Source: a virus
Strand: one strand, 5' to 3'
Length of the DNA: 45,005 nucleotides
IMG/VR virus record: IMGVR_UViG_3300010962_000004
Part shown: positions 1 to 7,990 of the stretch, piece after piece
Layout of the letters: each line of letters begins with the position of its first letter
Numbering within the stretch: the stretch's first letter is position 1
Notes under the pieces: generated by a model
Databases searched by the model: none
Seen by the model: only the letters and a program-made list of their open reading frames with translations
What the model was told of the DNA's origin: nothing
Made by a program: the position numbers and the translations under genes

Positions 1-55
1 TTTGAGGAGTGGTGGTTTAAAACTTTCTATAATAACTACGGCATACGCGGCTTTT
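1..55. repeat. Terminal 55-nt exact duplicate of 44951-45005 (circular-closure overlap, or att-type direct repeat)
   Basis: Character-by-character identity: tttgaggagtggtggtttaaaactttctataataactacggcatacgcggctttt occurs at both window ends. Confidence 0.95.
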
Positions 56-135
56 ACTCTAACTTAGATGTAACAAGGGTTTAGAGCTATTTACGAAAGT
101 TTAAAAACCATTTAAAAATATTACCAAAACATCAC

Positions 136-157
136 TTGGTGTTAAATTGGTGTTAAA
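136..157 (+). promoter_or_regulatory. Two tandem TTGGTGTTAAA repeats, candidate integrase arm-type binding sites (P' arm)
   Basis: ttggtgttaaa occurs twice at 136-146 and 147-157. The same 11-mer family occurs three times just downstream of the integrase gene (44806-44838). Confidence 0.5.
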
Positions 158-161
158 ATTC

Positions 162-181
162 ACGATAATTAATGATAAATA
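162..181. repeat. 20-bp exact repeat acgataattaatgataaata (second copy at 44863-44882)
   Basis: Exact match seen in sequence. Both copies sit next to the TGGTGTTAAA clusters that flank the circular junction. Confidence 0.9.
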
Positions 182-188
182 ATAGCAC

Positions 189-216
189 AGACCACTCAAC
201 TGGGTGGTCTTTTTCT
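189..216 (+). terminator. Rho-independent terminator-like hairpin
   Basis: agaccac (189-195) pairs with gtggtct (204-210), followed by ttttctt. Confidence 0.55.
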
Positions 217-690
217 TATCTCCGCACAATACAAACTCTTATACGAGACTCTATTATGGCGTTCTTCTTATCAACAGTTTTATTAACATCTGTGGATGGC
301 AATCGGTCCACATTTAGCTTATGGTCCGATTCTTGGACCGAAAGAATATCAAAAATCGTTAATTGCCCTTGTTGCTCCATATATTCAAAATGAGTCATAT
401 TCTACTCCCCTTTCACCATTCAAGCCAGTTTTCTAAATTACTTGGTGAACTACCCACAGATTGTGGGTACTTGCTACGTTCTTCTAACCAATTATAGAAA
501 GGTACTGGACGCTCTCTATCTGCTGTTTCTTCTATAGATGATGAATTAGTCACCTTCATACTAGAACGCTCTACAGCCTTGTTATACGCCCTTACCAAAG
601 CAACCAATTTTCTAAATTAGGTTTCGATTCTGGTTCGCTAGACTTCCAATCTTTCGGTCTTTCTCTAAGCCAATCATAAAATTCTACTTA

Positions 691-714
691 GTCACTCAAA
701 TGAGTGGCTTTTTT
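691..714 (+). terminator. Rho-independent terminator just upstream of the GerAC-like gene
   Basis: gtcactca (691-698) pairs with tgagtggc (701-708), followed by a T6 run (709-714). Confidence 0.6.
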
Positions 715-775
715 CATGTATAATTAGAATACTTTTAGAAAACCCTTCTTTTTAAAATTATAACTGTCTTTATTT

Positions 776-1993
776 TTGTCTAAACTGAAAATACCAACTT
801 TCAAATTACAAACTTCTAAAAGTAGGGATGACAAATTGAAAAGAAAAATTATCTTAACATTTTGCTTTATCGTGACACTGTTACTCTCTGGATGTTGGGA
901 TGTCTCTGAACCCCAAAGAATGTATTATGTCCACGGAGTCGGTGTAGATTTTAAAGATAATCAGTATGAAGTTTATATACAATTAATTAATTTTGCCGGT
1001 GTTGCAAAATCTGAAATGCCCAGTCCTGAATCAACACCAGCAGAGATTGGACATGCTAAAGGGGATACCATGGAAGAAGCTATTTATAATATATATCGCT
1101 CAGTTGATCAAGAAGTATTTTGGGGACATATGGCCTATACTATATTCACTGAAGAAGTTTTAAAAAGTGAACATGCTATCTCTGTTATAGATAGTTTTTT
1201 ACGTTTTAGAGAAACAAGATATCAGATTTTTGCCCATTGTACAGAGGATTCATTAGAAGAGATTCTTCTGATAACACCATTAGTAAATAAGCCACTTACA
1301 AGTTCAAAACTAAGTAGTCCATTAAATACAAAAGCTTTAGAAACATTTATTGAGCCTGTCGATTTAAGAAGTTTAATTATTGGATTAAATGAACCCAGTC
1401 ATGAAGTGGCTTTGTCATTAGTCTCAATCAACGAAAGTTGGGAGTCGGAAAATGATAAGCCATCAAAGGAAACTTCCATAAATGGTCACTGCATCCTTTC
1501 AAAAGATGGATTTAAAGGAACGATTAAAGGTGATGCTGCAAGAGGAAGCCAATGGATGCTACAGAAAAAGAATCGAGGAGACTTAACCTTTAAATTAGAC
1601 AGTAATGAAAGAAATTACTTAACGGTAGATTTAGAAAAAGTAGGTTTTGATGTTAAACCAATTGTAAAAAACAATCAGGTGACATTTGAAATAGATATTA
1701 AATTTGACGCTACAATCAATGGTTTTAAAACTAAAGTAACTTCAGATGAGATAAGAAAAGGTATTATTAAGCAAGTTAAAGAAGATATAAAGACAACATA
1801 TGAAGAGGGGTTAAAATTAGACGTTGATATTTACCGTTTATCTGAATACCTGTACAGAGACAAAGTAAAAGTATGGAAGAAGCTAGAAAAAAACGGGAAA
1901 ATACCCTTGACTAAAGAGTCAATTAAATTAAATGTTCATGTAAATAAAATAAATCCAGGTAGGAAAACATTTAAAGAAACAATTGTAGAGTAA
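776..1993 (+). CDS. Ger(x)C-family (GerAC/GerKC-like) spore germination receptor lipoprotein, orphan
   Basis: 405-aa ORF. The likely true start is TTG 836, preceded by an AGGGA Shine-Dalgarno site. It has a signal peptide with lipobox LLLSGC followed by WD. The overall length and C-terminal pattern (DIYRLSEYLYRDKVKVWKKLEKNG) are typical of germinant receptor C subunits. No A or B subunit genes are present. Confidence 0.75.
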   Translation: MSKLKIPTFKLQTSKSRDDKLKRKIILTFCFIVTLLLSGCWDVSEPQRMYYVHGVGVDFKDNQYEVYIQLINFAGVAKSEMPSPESTPAEIGHAKGDTMEEAIYNIYRSVDQEVFWGHMAYTIFTEEVLKSEHAISVIDSFLRFRETRYQIFAHCTEDSLEEILLITPLVNKPLTSSKLSSPLNTKALETFIEPVDLRSLIIGLNEPSHEVALSLVSINESWESENDKPSKETSINGHCILSKDGFKGTIKGDAARGSQWMLQKKNRGDLTFKLDSNERNYLTVDLEKVGFDVKPIVKNNQVTFEIDIKFDATINGFKTKVTSDEIRKGIIKQVKEDIKTTYEEGLKLDVDIYRLSEYLYRDKVKVWKKLEKNGKIPLTKESIKLNVHVNKINPGRKTFKETIVE

Positions 1994-2030
1994 AAAAAAG
2001 CCCAGGCTCAAATTAATTGAGTACCTGGGC
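1992..2030 (-). terminator. Strong rho-independent terminator for minus-strand transcripts
   Basis: gcccagg (2000-2006) pairs with cctgggc (2024-2030), plus an inner ctca/tgag pairing. The A8 run at 1992-1999 gives a U8 tail on the minus strand. Confidence 0.7.
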
Positions 2031-2037
2031 ATTCATA

Positions 2038-2227
2038 TTATTTACCACGTCTTTGTTGAATAGTAATATACAACCCCATTAATCGATCAGTGGTCATTGT
2101 ACCATTCTGTAAATCCTTTAAATGCGATTCCTGAATGATTCCGTCTTTAACCGCCTGTGCAATAAAGTTTTCCGTTTCAGTTTTCATAGCTGGTGAACCA
2201 GGGTTCCAATTTGCCACTTTGATTTAT
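2038..2227 (-). pseudogene. Remnant of a lysin-type C-terminal domain (open frame without a usable ribosome binding site)
   Basis: The frame reads IKVANWNPGSPAMKTETENFIAQAVKDGIIQESHLKDLQNGTMTTDRLMGLYITIQQRRGK. Its tail resembles the C-terminus of the endolysin at 3892-4548 (KGILKVDHSEKVNSMTDGEVLGLLISVVKR). There is no Shine-Dalgarno site before the ATG at 2187 or the GTG. Confidence 0.4.
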
Positions 2228-2347
2228 ATAAATAAACCCATTCTTTCGACAAAAACTTAGATAATATTTCCTATAATCCTAAATTATATTATAATAAGTT
2301 ACAGATAATAGAAATTTATTGTCTAAAATTAATTGGGGGTGAAAAAA

Positions 2348-2704
2348 ATGGACAGAACTGGGTTGTCTATGAGTGTAGAGTTAAAACATGTTCATCTTAA
2401 TTGGGGAACTACAAGTACTACAGGTGATAGAAAACGGAATGAGCTAGAGGCATATATTCCAATAAAAATAGATGATGCACGTAGGCTAAACTTAAAAAGA
2501 GGTGTATCATTTTATGTAAAAGGACAGGATTTTAAATTACGTGCTAGTGGAACTCAATCTGATGGATTAGGTAAGAATTTCCAAAGTGAAGGTAATTTAA
2601 AATTATTGGGTTGGTATCTAAAAGAAGAATTAGGTGCCAAATCAGAAGATATAGTAGAAATATATTGGGAAAGCAAAACTGAAGTATCTATAACATTAAT
2701 TTAG
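2348..2704 (+). CDS. Hypothetical small protein (118 aa), convergent partner of the C5 methyltransferase; possibly a DNA-binding barrel (B3/AbrB-like)
   Basis: ATG 2348 follows the Shine-Dalgarno site GGGGGTGA (the ORF track starts at TTG 2333). No nuclease motifs are visible. The pattern LNWG...RNELEAYIPI and the C-terminal GAKSEDIVEIYW suggest a DNA-binding barrel only by recollection, with no search done. Confidence 0.6.
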   Translation: MDRTGLSMSVELKHVHLNWGTTSTTGDRKRNELEAYIPIKIDDARRLNLKRGVSFYVKGQDFKLRASGTQSDGLGKNFQSEGNLKLLGWYLKEELGAKSEDIVEIYWESKTEVSITLI

Positions 2705-2709
2705 AAAAC

Positions 2710-2750
2710 AAGGTCACTTATCTTCTTAAGATACAGTGACCTTGTTTGAT
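2710..2750. terminator. Hairpin between the convergent 118-aa gene and the methyltransferase gene
   Basis: aaggtcact (2710-2718) pairs with agtgacctt (2735-2743), followed by gtttgatt. The right arm overlaps the methyltransferase 3' end. Confidence 0.4.
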
Positions 2751-3802
2751 TGGTATGAAGGTTCAATGGAATCATATTTAATTCCTGCGAATGTTTTTAA
2801 AATAGATTCGAAAATTATCTGTGCTCCTTTAGGTGGAACCGCCATACCTATTTGTTGTCTTACTTCTTCTTTTTTTCCATGAAAAATGTAATTATCAGGG
2901 AACGTTTGAATTCTTGCTCTTTCTCTATTTGTCAAAGCTCGTGACTCTTCCCAGTGATATCCGTGAGTACCACCTCCGCCGCTAGCAGTAAGTGTATACG
3001 AAGGTTTATCAGGGTGTAAACGTCGATATAGGTTACTTAATTTTAACCCTTTAACGTTTAATTGAAATTGTTCAGGTAACTTTTCATACCAAACATTTTC
3101 ACCTGCAGGAATATGATTTAAACGTTCTACCACACCTTGTTTGTGTTTTGTAAATTCATGATTTGATGCATTTAAAGGTATGCCATTTAGTGCTTCTCTA
3201 GCACTCACAAAATTAAAATTATGTGTAGGTGCAGGAACTTTAAAATTTAAGTTTAAGTCTTTTCTTATACCGACAATAATAATTCTATGTCGATATTGTG
3301 GAACTCCATATTCTTCAAATTTATATAAGTGCGGAACTAAATTATACCCTGTTCCAGCTTTTTGTAATTCATCTAAAATATTTTGAAAATCTACTCCGTG
3401 ATTTGAACTTTCGAGACCTGATACATTCTCTGCTAAAAACCATTTAGGTTTAAAATGATTAATAACTTCAATACCATATTTATATAATTTACCAAAATAA
3501 CCATTTGTACCTTTTTGTTTCCCTACACCACTAAAATCATTACAAGGGAAACCAAAAGTAAATGCATCAATGTATGGCAGACTATTGATATTTAAGTCCT
3601 CTACACTACAATTGATAACTGAATCAGAATTATTTGGACAAATATTATTTCGAAATGTATTACATGAACTTTCATCCCTATCATTCGCCCAAACATGCTG
3701 AATCTCATATATTTCATCACTTTTTTGTATAGAAGCATTTTTAGCACCTAATGCTATTCCGCCTGGTCCACAAAATAACTCTCCTTTTAGAAAAGTAGTC
3801 AT
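2726..3802 (-). CDS. DNA (cytosine-5)-methyltransferase
   Basis: The canonical C5-methyltransferase motifs appear in order: FCGPGG (I), GFPCNDFS (IV), LAENV (VI), QYRHR (VIII), RALTNRERARIQTFPDNY (IX), GMAVPP (X). Confidence 0.92.
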   Translation of the reverse strand: MTTFLKGELFCGPGGIALGAKNASIQKSDEIYEIQHVWANDRDESSCNTFRNNICPNNSDSVINCSVEDLNINSLPYIDAFTFGFPCNDFSGVGKQKGTNGYFGKLYKYGIEVINHFKPKWFLAENVSGLESSNHGVDFQNILDELQKAGTGYNLVPHLYKFEEYGVPQYRHRIIIVGIRKDLNLNFKVPAPTHNFNFVSAREALNGIPLNASNHEFTKHKQGVVERLNHIPAGENVWYEKLPEQFQLNVKGLKLSNLYRRLHPDKPSYTLTASGGGGTHGYHWEESRALTNRERARIQTFPDNYIFHGKKEEVRQQIGMAVPPKGAQIIFESILKTFAGIKYDSIEPSYQSNKVTVS

Positions 3803-3891
3803 AGTTATCCCTCCTAAATACAGGATAACATATTTAATGGGTATTTGCAGCTATTTTGTGAACTTTTATCTACATTTAACCTTCCAATTTA

Positions 3892-4548
3892 TCACAAAGT
3901 TCGTTTTACAACTGAAATTAGTAATCCTAGCACTTCCCCGTCTGTCATCGAATTAACTTTTTCACTGTGATCTACTTTTAAAATTCCTTTTTGATATGTC
4001 TTTTTTAATAAAGTTTTTAAATCCTCTTTTGCTGTTAATGTTAGCGTATTTGTCATTTTGATTTCCTCCTTATTAACATCTTTATCTTCTACAATCAATT
4101 GAACTTGTCCCTTACTATTAGTAGGCACGTTCAATTTACCCTCTAGCTTATAACCTGCAGGTAACTTCCAGTTTGCTTTCACCTCAAAATGCGGCCTGTC
4201 AATATTGCCTACCCAATCGCCACCCCATGTAATACCTAGCTTCCTAGCAAGAGCCCCTACTCGATTAAGTGTATTTACATCATATAATGACTGTGGTGGA
4301 CCTACAGCAATATCCCATGCTAAACGTGACTTATGGTTACTGTCTAATGTCCAAGTAACAATTTGCCCAGGTCTAGTACGACCTTGAGCATATAGGTATT
4401 TTTGGCGTTCCTGTGAGCGATAAGTTTCTGTAATGAAGATGTTCTTTATACCAGCTTTATAACACTCCTGGAATAGCAAACGGCAAGCTGTTTGTGCTGC
4501 AGGTAATAGTTCAGCAAGATCTCGGCATGTTTTTGTTACGCTGGTCAT
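3892..4548 (-). CDS. Endolysin, peptidase M15 (VanY / L-Ala-D-Glu endopeptidase type) with a C-terminal binding region
   Basis: Zn-ligand pattern SNHKSRLAWD ... DRPHFE. It sits directly downstream of the holin with an ATGA start/stop overlap. Confidence 0.85.
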   Translation of the reverse strand: MTSVTKTCRDLAELLPAAQTACRLLFQECYKAGIKNIFITETYRSQERQKYLYAQGRTRPGQIVTWTLDSNHKSRLAWDIAVGPPQSLYDVNTLNRVGALARKLGITWGGDWVGNIDRPHFEVKANWKLPAGYKLEGKLNVPTNSKGQVQLIVEDKDVNKEEIKMTNTLTLTAKEDLKTLLKKTYQKGILKVDHSEKVNSMTDGEVLGLLISVVKRTL

Positions 4549-4931
4549 TTTCGTTCACTCTCCTTGTTCAGCTTCTCTAATGTTTCATCAACGATGCCAG
4601 GCATATCTACTCCAATGGTTTGAAGATTTTCTGCAATACTGCCTCCCTCTTTATATAAGAACAGAGCCAATGTAAAACCTGTTAAATAAAAATTCAGACC
4701 AAACATTAAATCTAAAATAATTACAAAAACAATTCCTACTAACTCGCCAATCCATCTGATGATACCGTCACGCATAACTGCTGATCTATACCCAACAACC
4801 TTCTTCCAAGTTTTTAAAAGACCTGTCGTAAAATCTAGAACCTTGAACACTAAATAAGCTAAAAACATATAAAGTATTGGTTTTGGTACTAATGATAAAA
4901 GTGGATGTTGAATTAATTGTGTAATGTCCAT
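4545..4931 (-). CDS. Holin (toxin-secretion/phage-lysis holin family)
   Basis: Hydrophobic helices and the C-terminal signature EGGSIAENLQTIGVDMP. The start is chosen at MDITQL, after the Shine-Dalgarno site AAAGGAAGG (the ORF track start is 4967). Confidence 0.8.
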   Translation of the reverse strand: MDITQLIQHPLLSLVPKPILYMFLAYLVFKVLDFTTGLLKTWKKVVGYRSAVMRDGIIRWIGELVGIVFVIILDLMFGLNFYLTGFTLALFLYKEGGSIAENLQTIGVDMPGIVDETLEKLNKESERK

Positions 4932-5017
4932 AAGATACCTTCCTTTTTCCAAAATAAAAAAGGACACGTCTTATTGACGCATCCTTCTTCAAAATCCCAA
5001 ACGCTTGGGAATATCGA

Positions 5018-5146
5018 TTATTCAGCTAAGAAACCTACTCCTGATTCTTCTAAGATTTCTTTGACACCCTCTTTTAAAGATGAAGGTACTTCGCTGAATT
5101 TTGTTTTCTCTAAGATTACTCGTTGTGCGAAAAACATAGCCATCAT
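5018..5146 (-). CDS. Small conserved phage protein (42 aa, XkdX-position protein between tail fibre genes and holin)
   Basis: Not in the ORF track because it is under 60 aa. The strong Shine-Dalgarno site GGGAGGTGA is followed by ATGATG. Translation: MMAMFFAQRVILEKTKFSEVPSSLKEGVKEILEESGVGFLAE. Confidence 0.6.
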   Translation of the reverse strand: MMAMFFAQRVILEKTKFSEVPSSLKEGVKEILEESGVGFLAE

Positions 5147-5193
5147 TGTCTCACCTCCCTTCAAATACAACAAAATCCATTGTAAAAAGCGCA

Positions 5194-5397
5194 TCATTCG
5201 TACACCTTTGTTGCAATTTCTGCAATAAGGTCCTCCATGAAATCCATGCGCTCTGCATTGGCTTGATTTTGTAGCCTTAATATTTTATTTTCTTGCTCTA
5301 AACGTGCAGCTTTTTCCTCTGCTGTTTCATCGGTACCGGCCTTTTTTGGTGCACCCAAATCGCCGTTTGGGTCACGTTGCTTATACTCTAACGCCAT
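5194..5397 (-). CDS. Hypothetical coiled-coil protein (67 aa)
   Basis: The ORF is packed between the tail fibre gene and the lysis genes. It contains the heptad-like stretch EEKAARLEQENKILRLQNQ. Confidence 0.55.
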   Translation of the reverse strand: MALEYKQRDPNGDLGAPKKAGTDETAEEKAARLEQENKILRLQNQANAERMDFMEDLIAEIATKVYE

Positions 5398-7046
5398 TAC
5401 TCAACAACCCCCGATATTAAGTGGATTTTGTGATTGATGTCTACATTCTCACGAGACGTTTCAAGCTTCAGGATAATATTGCTCTTTGGCTCGGTTGCCT
5501 CATAATAGAACGTATCCTCTACGACATTATTTTGATTTGGCATAGGTGCTGTATTTTCAGGAGTAAGAACAATATATTGCTCCTGTTCACCAATTAACGT
5601 CATTGATAATGAGACTTCGAGCTCCATGTCTTCGTCACGTTCCAGGAATAATAAAACGCCCTTTGCAGATCCCTTTGGTGGCTCGATTTTGTAACGAGCA
5701 ACGGATTGCAAAATAGGCGTGTTAACTTCATTTTTGTTTAATTTGATGGTTTTAGAAACCTTAAAATCGTAACTATCCACTAGTTCTACCACAATTGTAT
5801 TTTGCCCCACTACTAACTGTGCCAAAGTAATATCAAAAGCCCATTTACCCTCAATGATTTCTAATGCTACGCTATTGCCTCCGTTTAATCGATAAGCAGC
5901 TGTAACAGGATTTTTGTCTGGGTCGCTCGCTGTACCGCTAATAGTAAATTTATCAGTATTAATAATGCCACTTGGCTGTACAGTATCAACGGTTAAAATA
6001 GGTGGTCTGTTTGGCACAACATAAAATGTACGCTCTGCTATTGTAGCTTGCCCACCATCACTATCCTGTGCCCATATTTTTAGCGTATGGGGTACGCCAT
6101 CGGTAAGATTGCTTGTAATAGCTGTTTCACCATCAAATAACTTTCCGGCTTTAAATTTAAGCTGTTTGCTAAATGGAATAGCAGCATTACTTAGCCCTAT
6201 TCCTAAAACAATCCTTTGCTCCAAATTCACTTGGGCGTATATTGTCACTGATTGATTGGCATTAACATCAGCTGCAGAGCCAGCAATGTTAAAAATATCA
6301 TTTTCGTAGAGTGTTACATTTGATGTTGGTGAGGTTACAGATACTGTAGGCGCTGTATTAGTTACATTTAATGCAAAACCTTGTGAAGTAATAAAATCGC
6401 CATCATTTGCTTCTACTGTAATCCATACACTACCAATCTCTTTACCAGTAAGAGTTAAGGTGTTACCTGAGACTTTTGATGTCGCTACGCTTGGATTGCT
6501 CGATGAAGCTGCATAAGTCAACGGATCTCCCTCTGGATCACTAAAATAATTGGCTAAATTAATTGTGATAGGTAGATCCTTTTTAGTTGATTGTGTCGGT
6601 ATCTGAGTATAAGTAGGTGGTGTATTTGCTTTTTCACCTCTTACATACCAATATCCATCGGCATTCCTAGCATTATTTATATATGCATTTTCTTCAGCAG
6701 TAATAGTTGTTAAATATTCACCAGGTGAATAGGTGGTCGAACTTACTGTCTGACGATAAATTGCAAAATGACTACCTCCAGATGCTACGTATTTATGAAC
6801 AAAATCTGATACAGGTTTATTAAAAACAAATACAAACTCACCGTTATTATGGCCGTCTGCTCCCAGCATTTTTTCATGTAAAACAGGATTTTGTTCGTAT
6901 TTCGGGTTAATAAAAGGTGGACGTGTATCATCTACATTATTTGTTGCATATCCATAAACAGATCCAACATTCATATATTCTTGAAATGTTTCAATAAAAG
7001 TATATTTAGCTTTAACTTTGTATCTATACCAAAAATACTTCGCCAT
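5397..7046 (-). CDS. Tail fibre / receptor-binding protein with repeated Ig-like (cadherin-like) domains
   Basis: 549 aa at the distal end of the tail module. Repeated domain starts NTPPTYTQIP, NTAPTVSVTSP and NRPPILTVDTV, plus DPEGDPLTY. Confidence 0.7.
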   Translation of the reverse strand: MAKYFWYRYKVKAKYTFIETFQEYMNVGSVYGYATNNVDDTRPPFINPKYEQNPVLHEKMLGADGHNNGEFVFVFNKPVSDFVHKYVASGGSHFAIYRQTVSSTTYSPGEYLTTITAEENAYINNARNADGYWYVRGEKANTPPTYTQIPTQSTKKDLPITINLANYFSDPEGDPLTYAASSSNPSVATSKVSGNTLTLTGKEIGSVWITVEANDGDFITSQGFALNVTNTAPTVSVTSPTSNVTLYENDIFNIAGSAADVNANQSVTIYAQVNLEQRIVLGIGLSNAAIPFSKQLKFKAGKLFDGETAITSNLTDGVPHTLKIWAQDSDGGQATIAERTFYVVPNRPPILTVDTVQPSGIINTDKFTISGTASDPDKNPVTAAYRLNGGNSVALEIIEGKWAFDITLAQLVVGQNTIVVELVDSYDFKVSKTIKLNKNEVNTPILQSVARYKIEPPKGSAKGVLLFLERDEDMELEVSLSMTLIGEQEQYIVLTPENTAPMPNQNNVVEDTFYYEATEPKSNIILKLETSRENVDINHKIHLISGVVE

Positions 7047-7691
7047 TTACACCACCTCCACTAACTCTACGTTGTATGTCTGCCAATCCCCAATACCCAT
7101 TTCAGCATTGAGCGTATCGATGGCTACATTACTACGAGCCACTTTTGCACCTTTTTTATAATTATGCTGTAGAGCCTGTACAGTAATTGTATTTGTTCCT
7201 ACAGATGTGATAATGACGTTTTCGATATGCAGATCATCAAAAATAGTTACTTGTGAAAAAGGTGTAAATCCTTCTACACTTGCAACTTTTAAAATTGTAG
7301 TACCAATGGGCACAGATTCAACAATATCGGTCAATGTTTTATCTAACGTAATTTTATTTGTGCTGCCATCCAAAGTATCTGAAAACGTTCCGCTGTTGCC
7401 TGGGACACGTCCATCAAGTTCGAGCTGTATTTGCATTCGTCTTACTAAAGATGCTAATTCTACTAAGTATTCATGCGCCATGAAGATACCTAAATCCATG
7501 TGATTTAAACGTTTTGCTGCTACACGAGTGCCTTCCTCAATTGTTTCATAAAATGGTAGTCCGGTTAATGGATTTAGCATAACCTCGCCAAATTCATCTT
7601 TTTTAGGAATTAATTTTCCATCAGGACCAATCTTCCATATACGGTCTTTCCAATGTAGTAAGACATAATCGTTTTTAAAGGAAAATCTCAA
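7047..7691 (-). CDS. Hypothetical tail/baseplate-distal protein (214 aa)
   Basis: Assigned by position in the tail module and tight packing with its neighbours. Confidence 0.55.
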   Translation of the reverse strand: MRFSFKNDYVLLHWKDRIWKIGPDGKLIPKKDEFGEVMLNPLTGLPFYETIEEGTRVAAKRLNHMDLGIFMAHEYLVELASLVRRMQIQLELDGRVPGNSGTFSDTLDGSTNKITLDKTLTDIVESVPIGTTILKVASVEGFTPFSQVTIFDDLHIENVIITSVGTNTITVQALQHNYKKGAKVARSNVAIDTLNAEMGIGDWQTYNVELVEVV

Positions 7692-7990
7692 TTTTGTATC
7701 ACTCCTTTCAGTACAACAGATAAGGTAAATACAATCATTAAACCATCCTCGCTCTGTTCAATATGTGTCGTATATTTATCTAATTCAATGCCATGCTCAT
7801 CTACCAATTTGGCTTCTGTCACTAGACCATGTTGATCATCTAAATACACATATGTCTTCACCGTGTCACTTTCAATTAATTGAGAATGGAACTCTATTTC
7901 TTTTTGTTGATCATCGATAGTAACAATTGCTTTCTTAGCCATTTTTTTTAAAAAATCTAGTGTACGGTCAATGACTATACGAGTCACCAT
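7688..7990 (-). CDS. Hypothetical tail module protein (100 aa)
   Basis: Its start and stop both overlap the flanking tail genes. Confidence 0.5.
   Translation of the reverse strand: MVTRIVIDRTLDFLKKMAKKAIVTIDDQQKEIEFHSQLIESDTVKTYVYLDDQHGLVTEAKLVDEHGIELDKYTTHIEQSEDGLMIVFTLSVVLKGVIQN

Noticed and set aside
1-55. The 55-nt terminal repeat as the attL/attR core of an integrated prophage with host flanks
   Set aside because: The repeat coincides exactly with both window ends and no host-like genes flank it. The arm-type repeat clusters straddle the junction as expected for an intact attP. This possibility cannot be fully excluded without reads or the host genome.
216-607. ORFs 216-398 and 413-607 (minus) and 172-393 (plus) as genuine genes
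   Set aside because: They lack convincing ribosome binding sites, overlap one another on opposite strands, and the region shows frame-broken duplicated fragments. They are treated as decayed sequence and reported only as a finding.
600-660. tRNA gene or fragment near attP (ttcgattc T-loop-like string at about 622-632; also gttcgaat at about 41850-41857)
   Set aside because: The flanking bases do not form acceptor or T-arm stems. No cloverleaf could be drawn by eye.
2348-2704. The 118-aa ORF as the restriction endonuclease of a type II restriction-modification system with the adjacent C5 methyltransferase
   Set aside because: It is shorter than any restriction enzyme I know, and no nuclease catalytic motif is visible. 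It is kept as an unknown partner protein.
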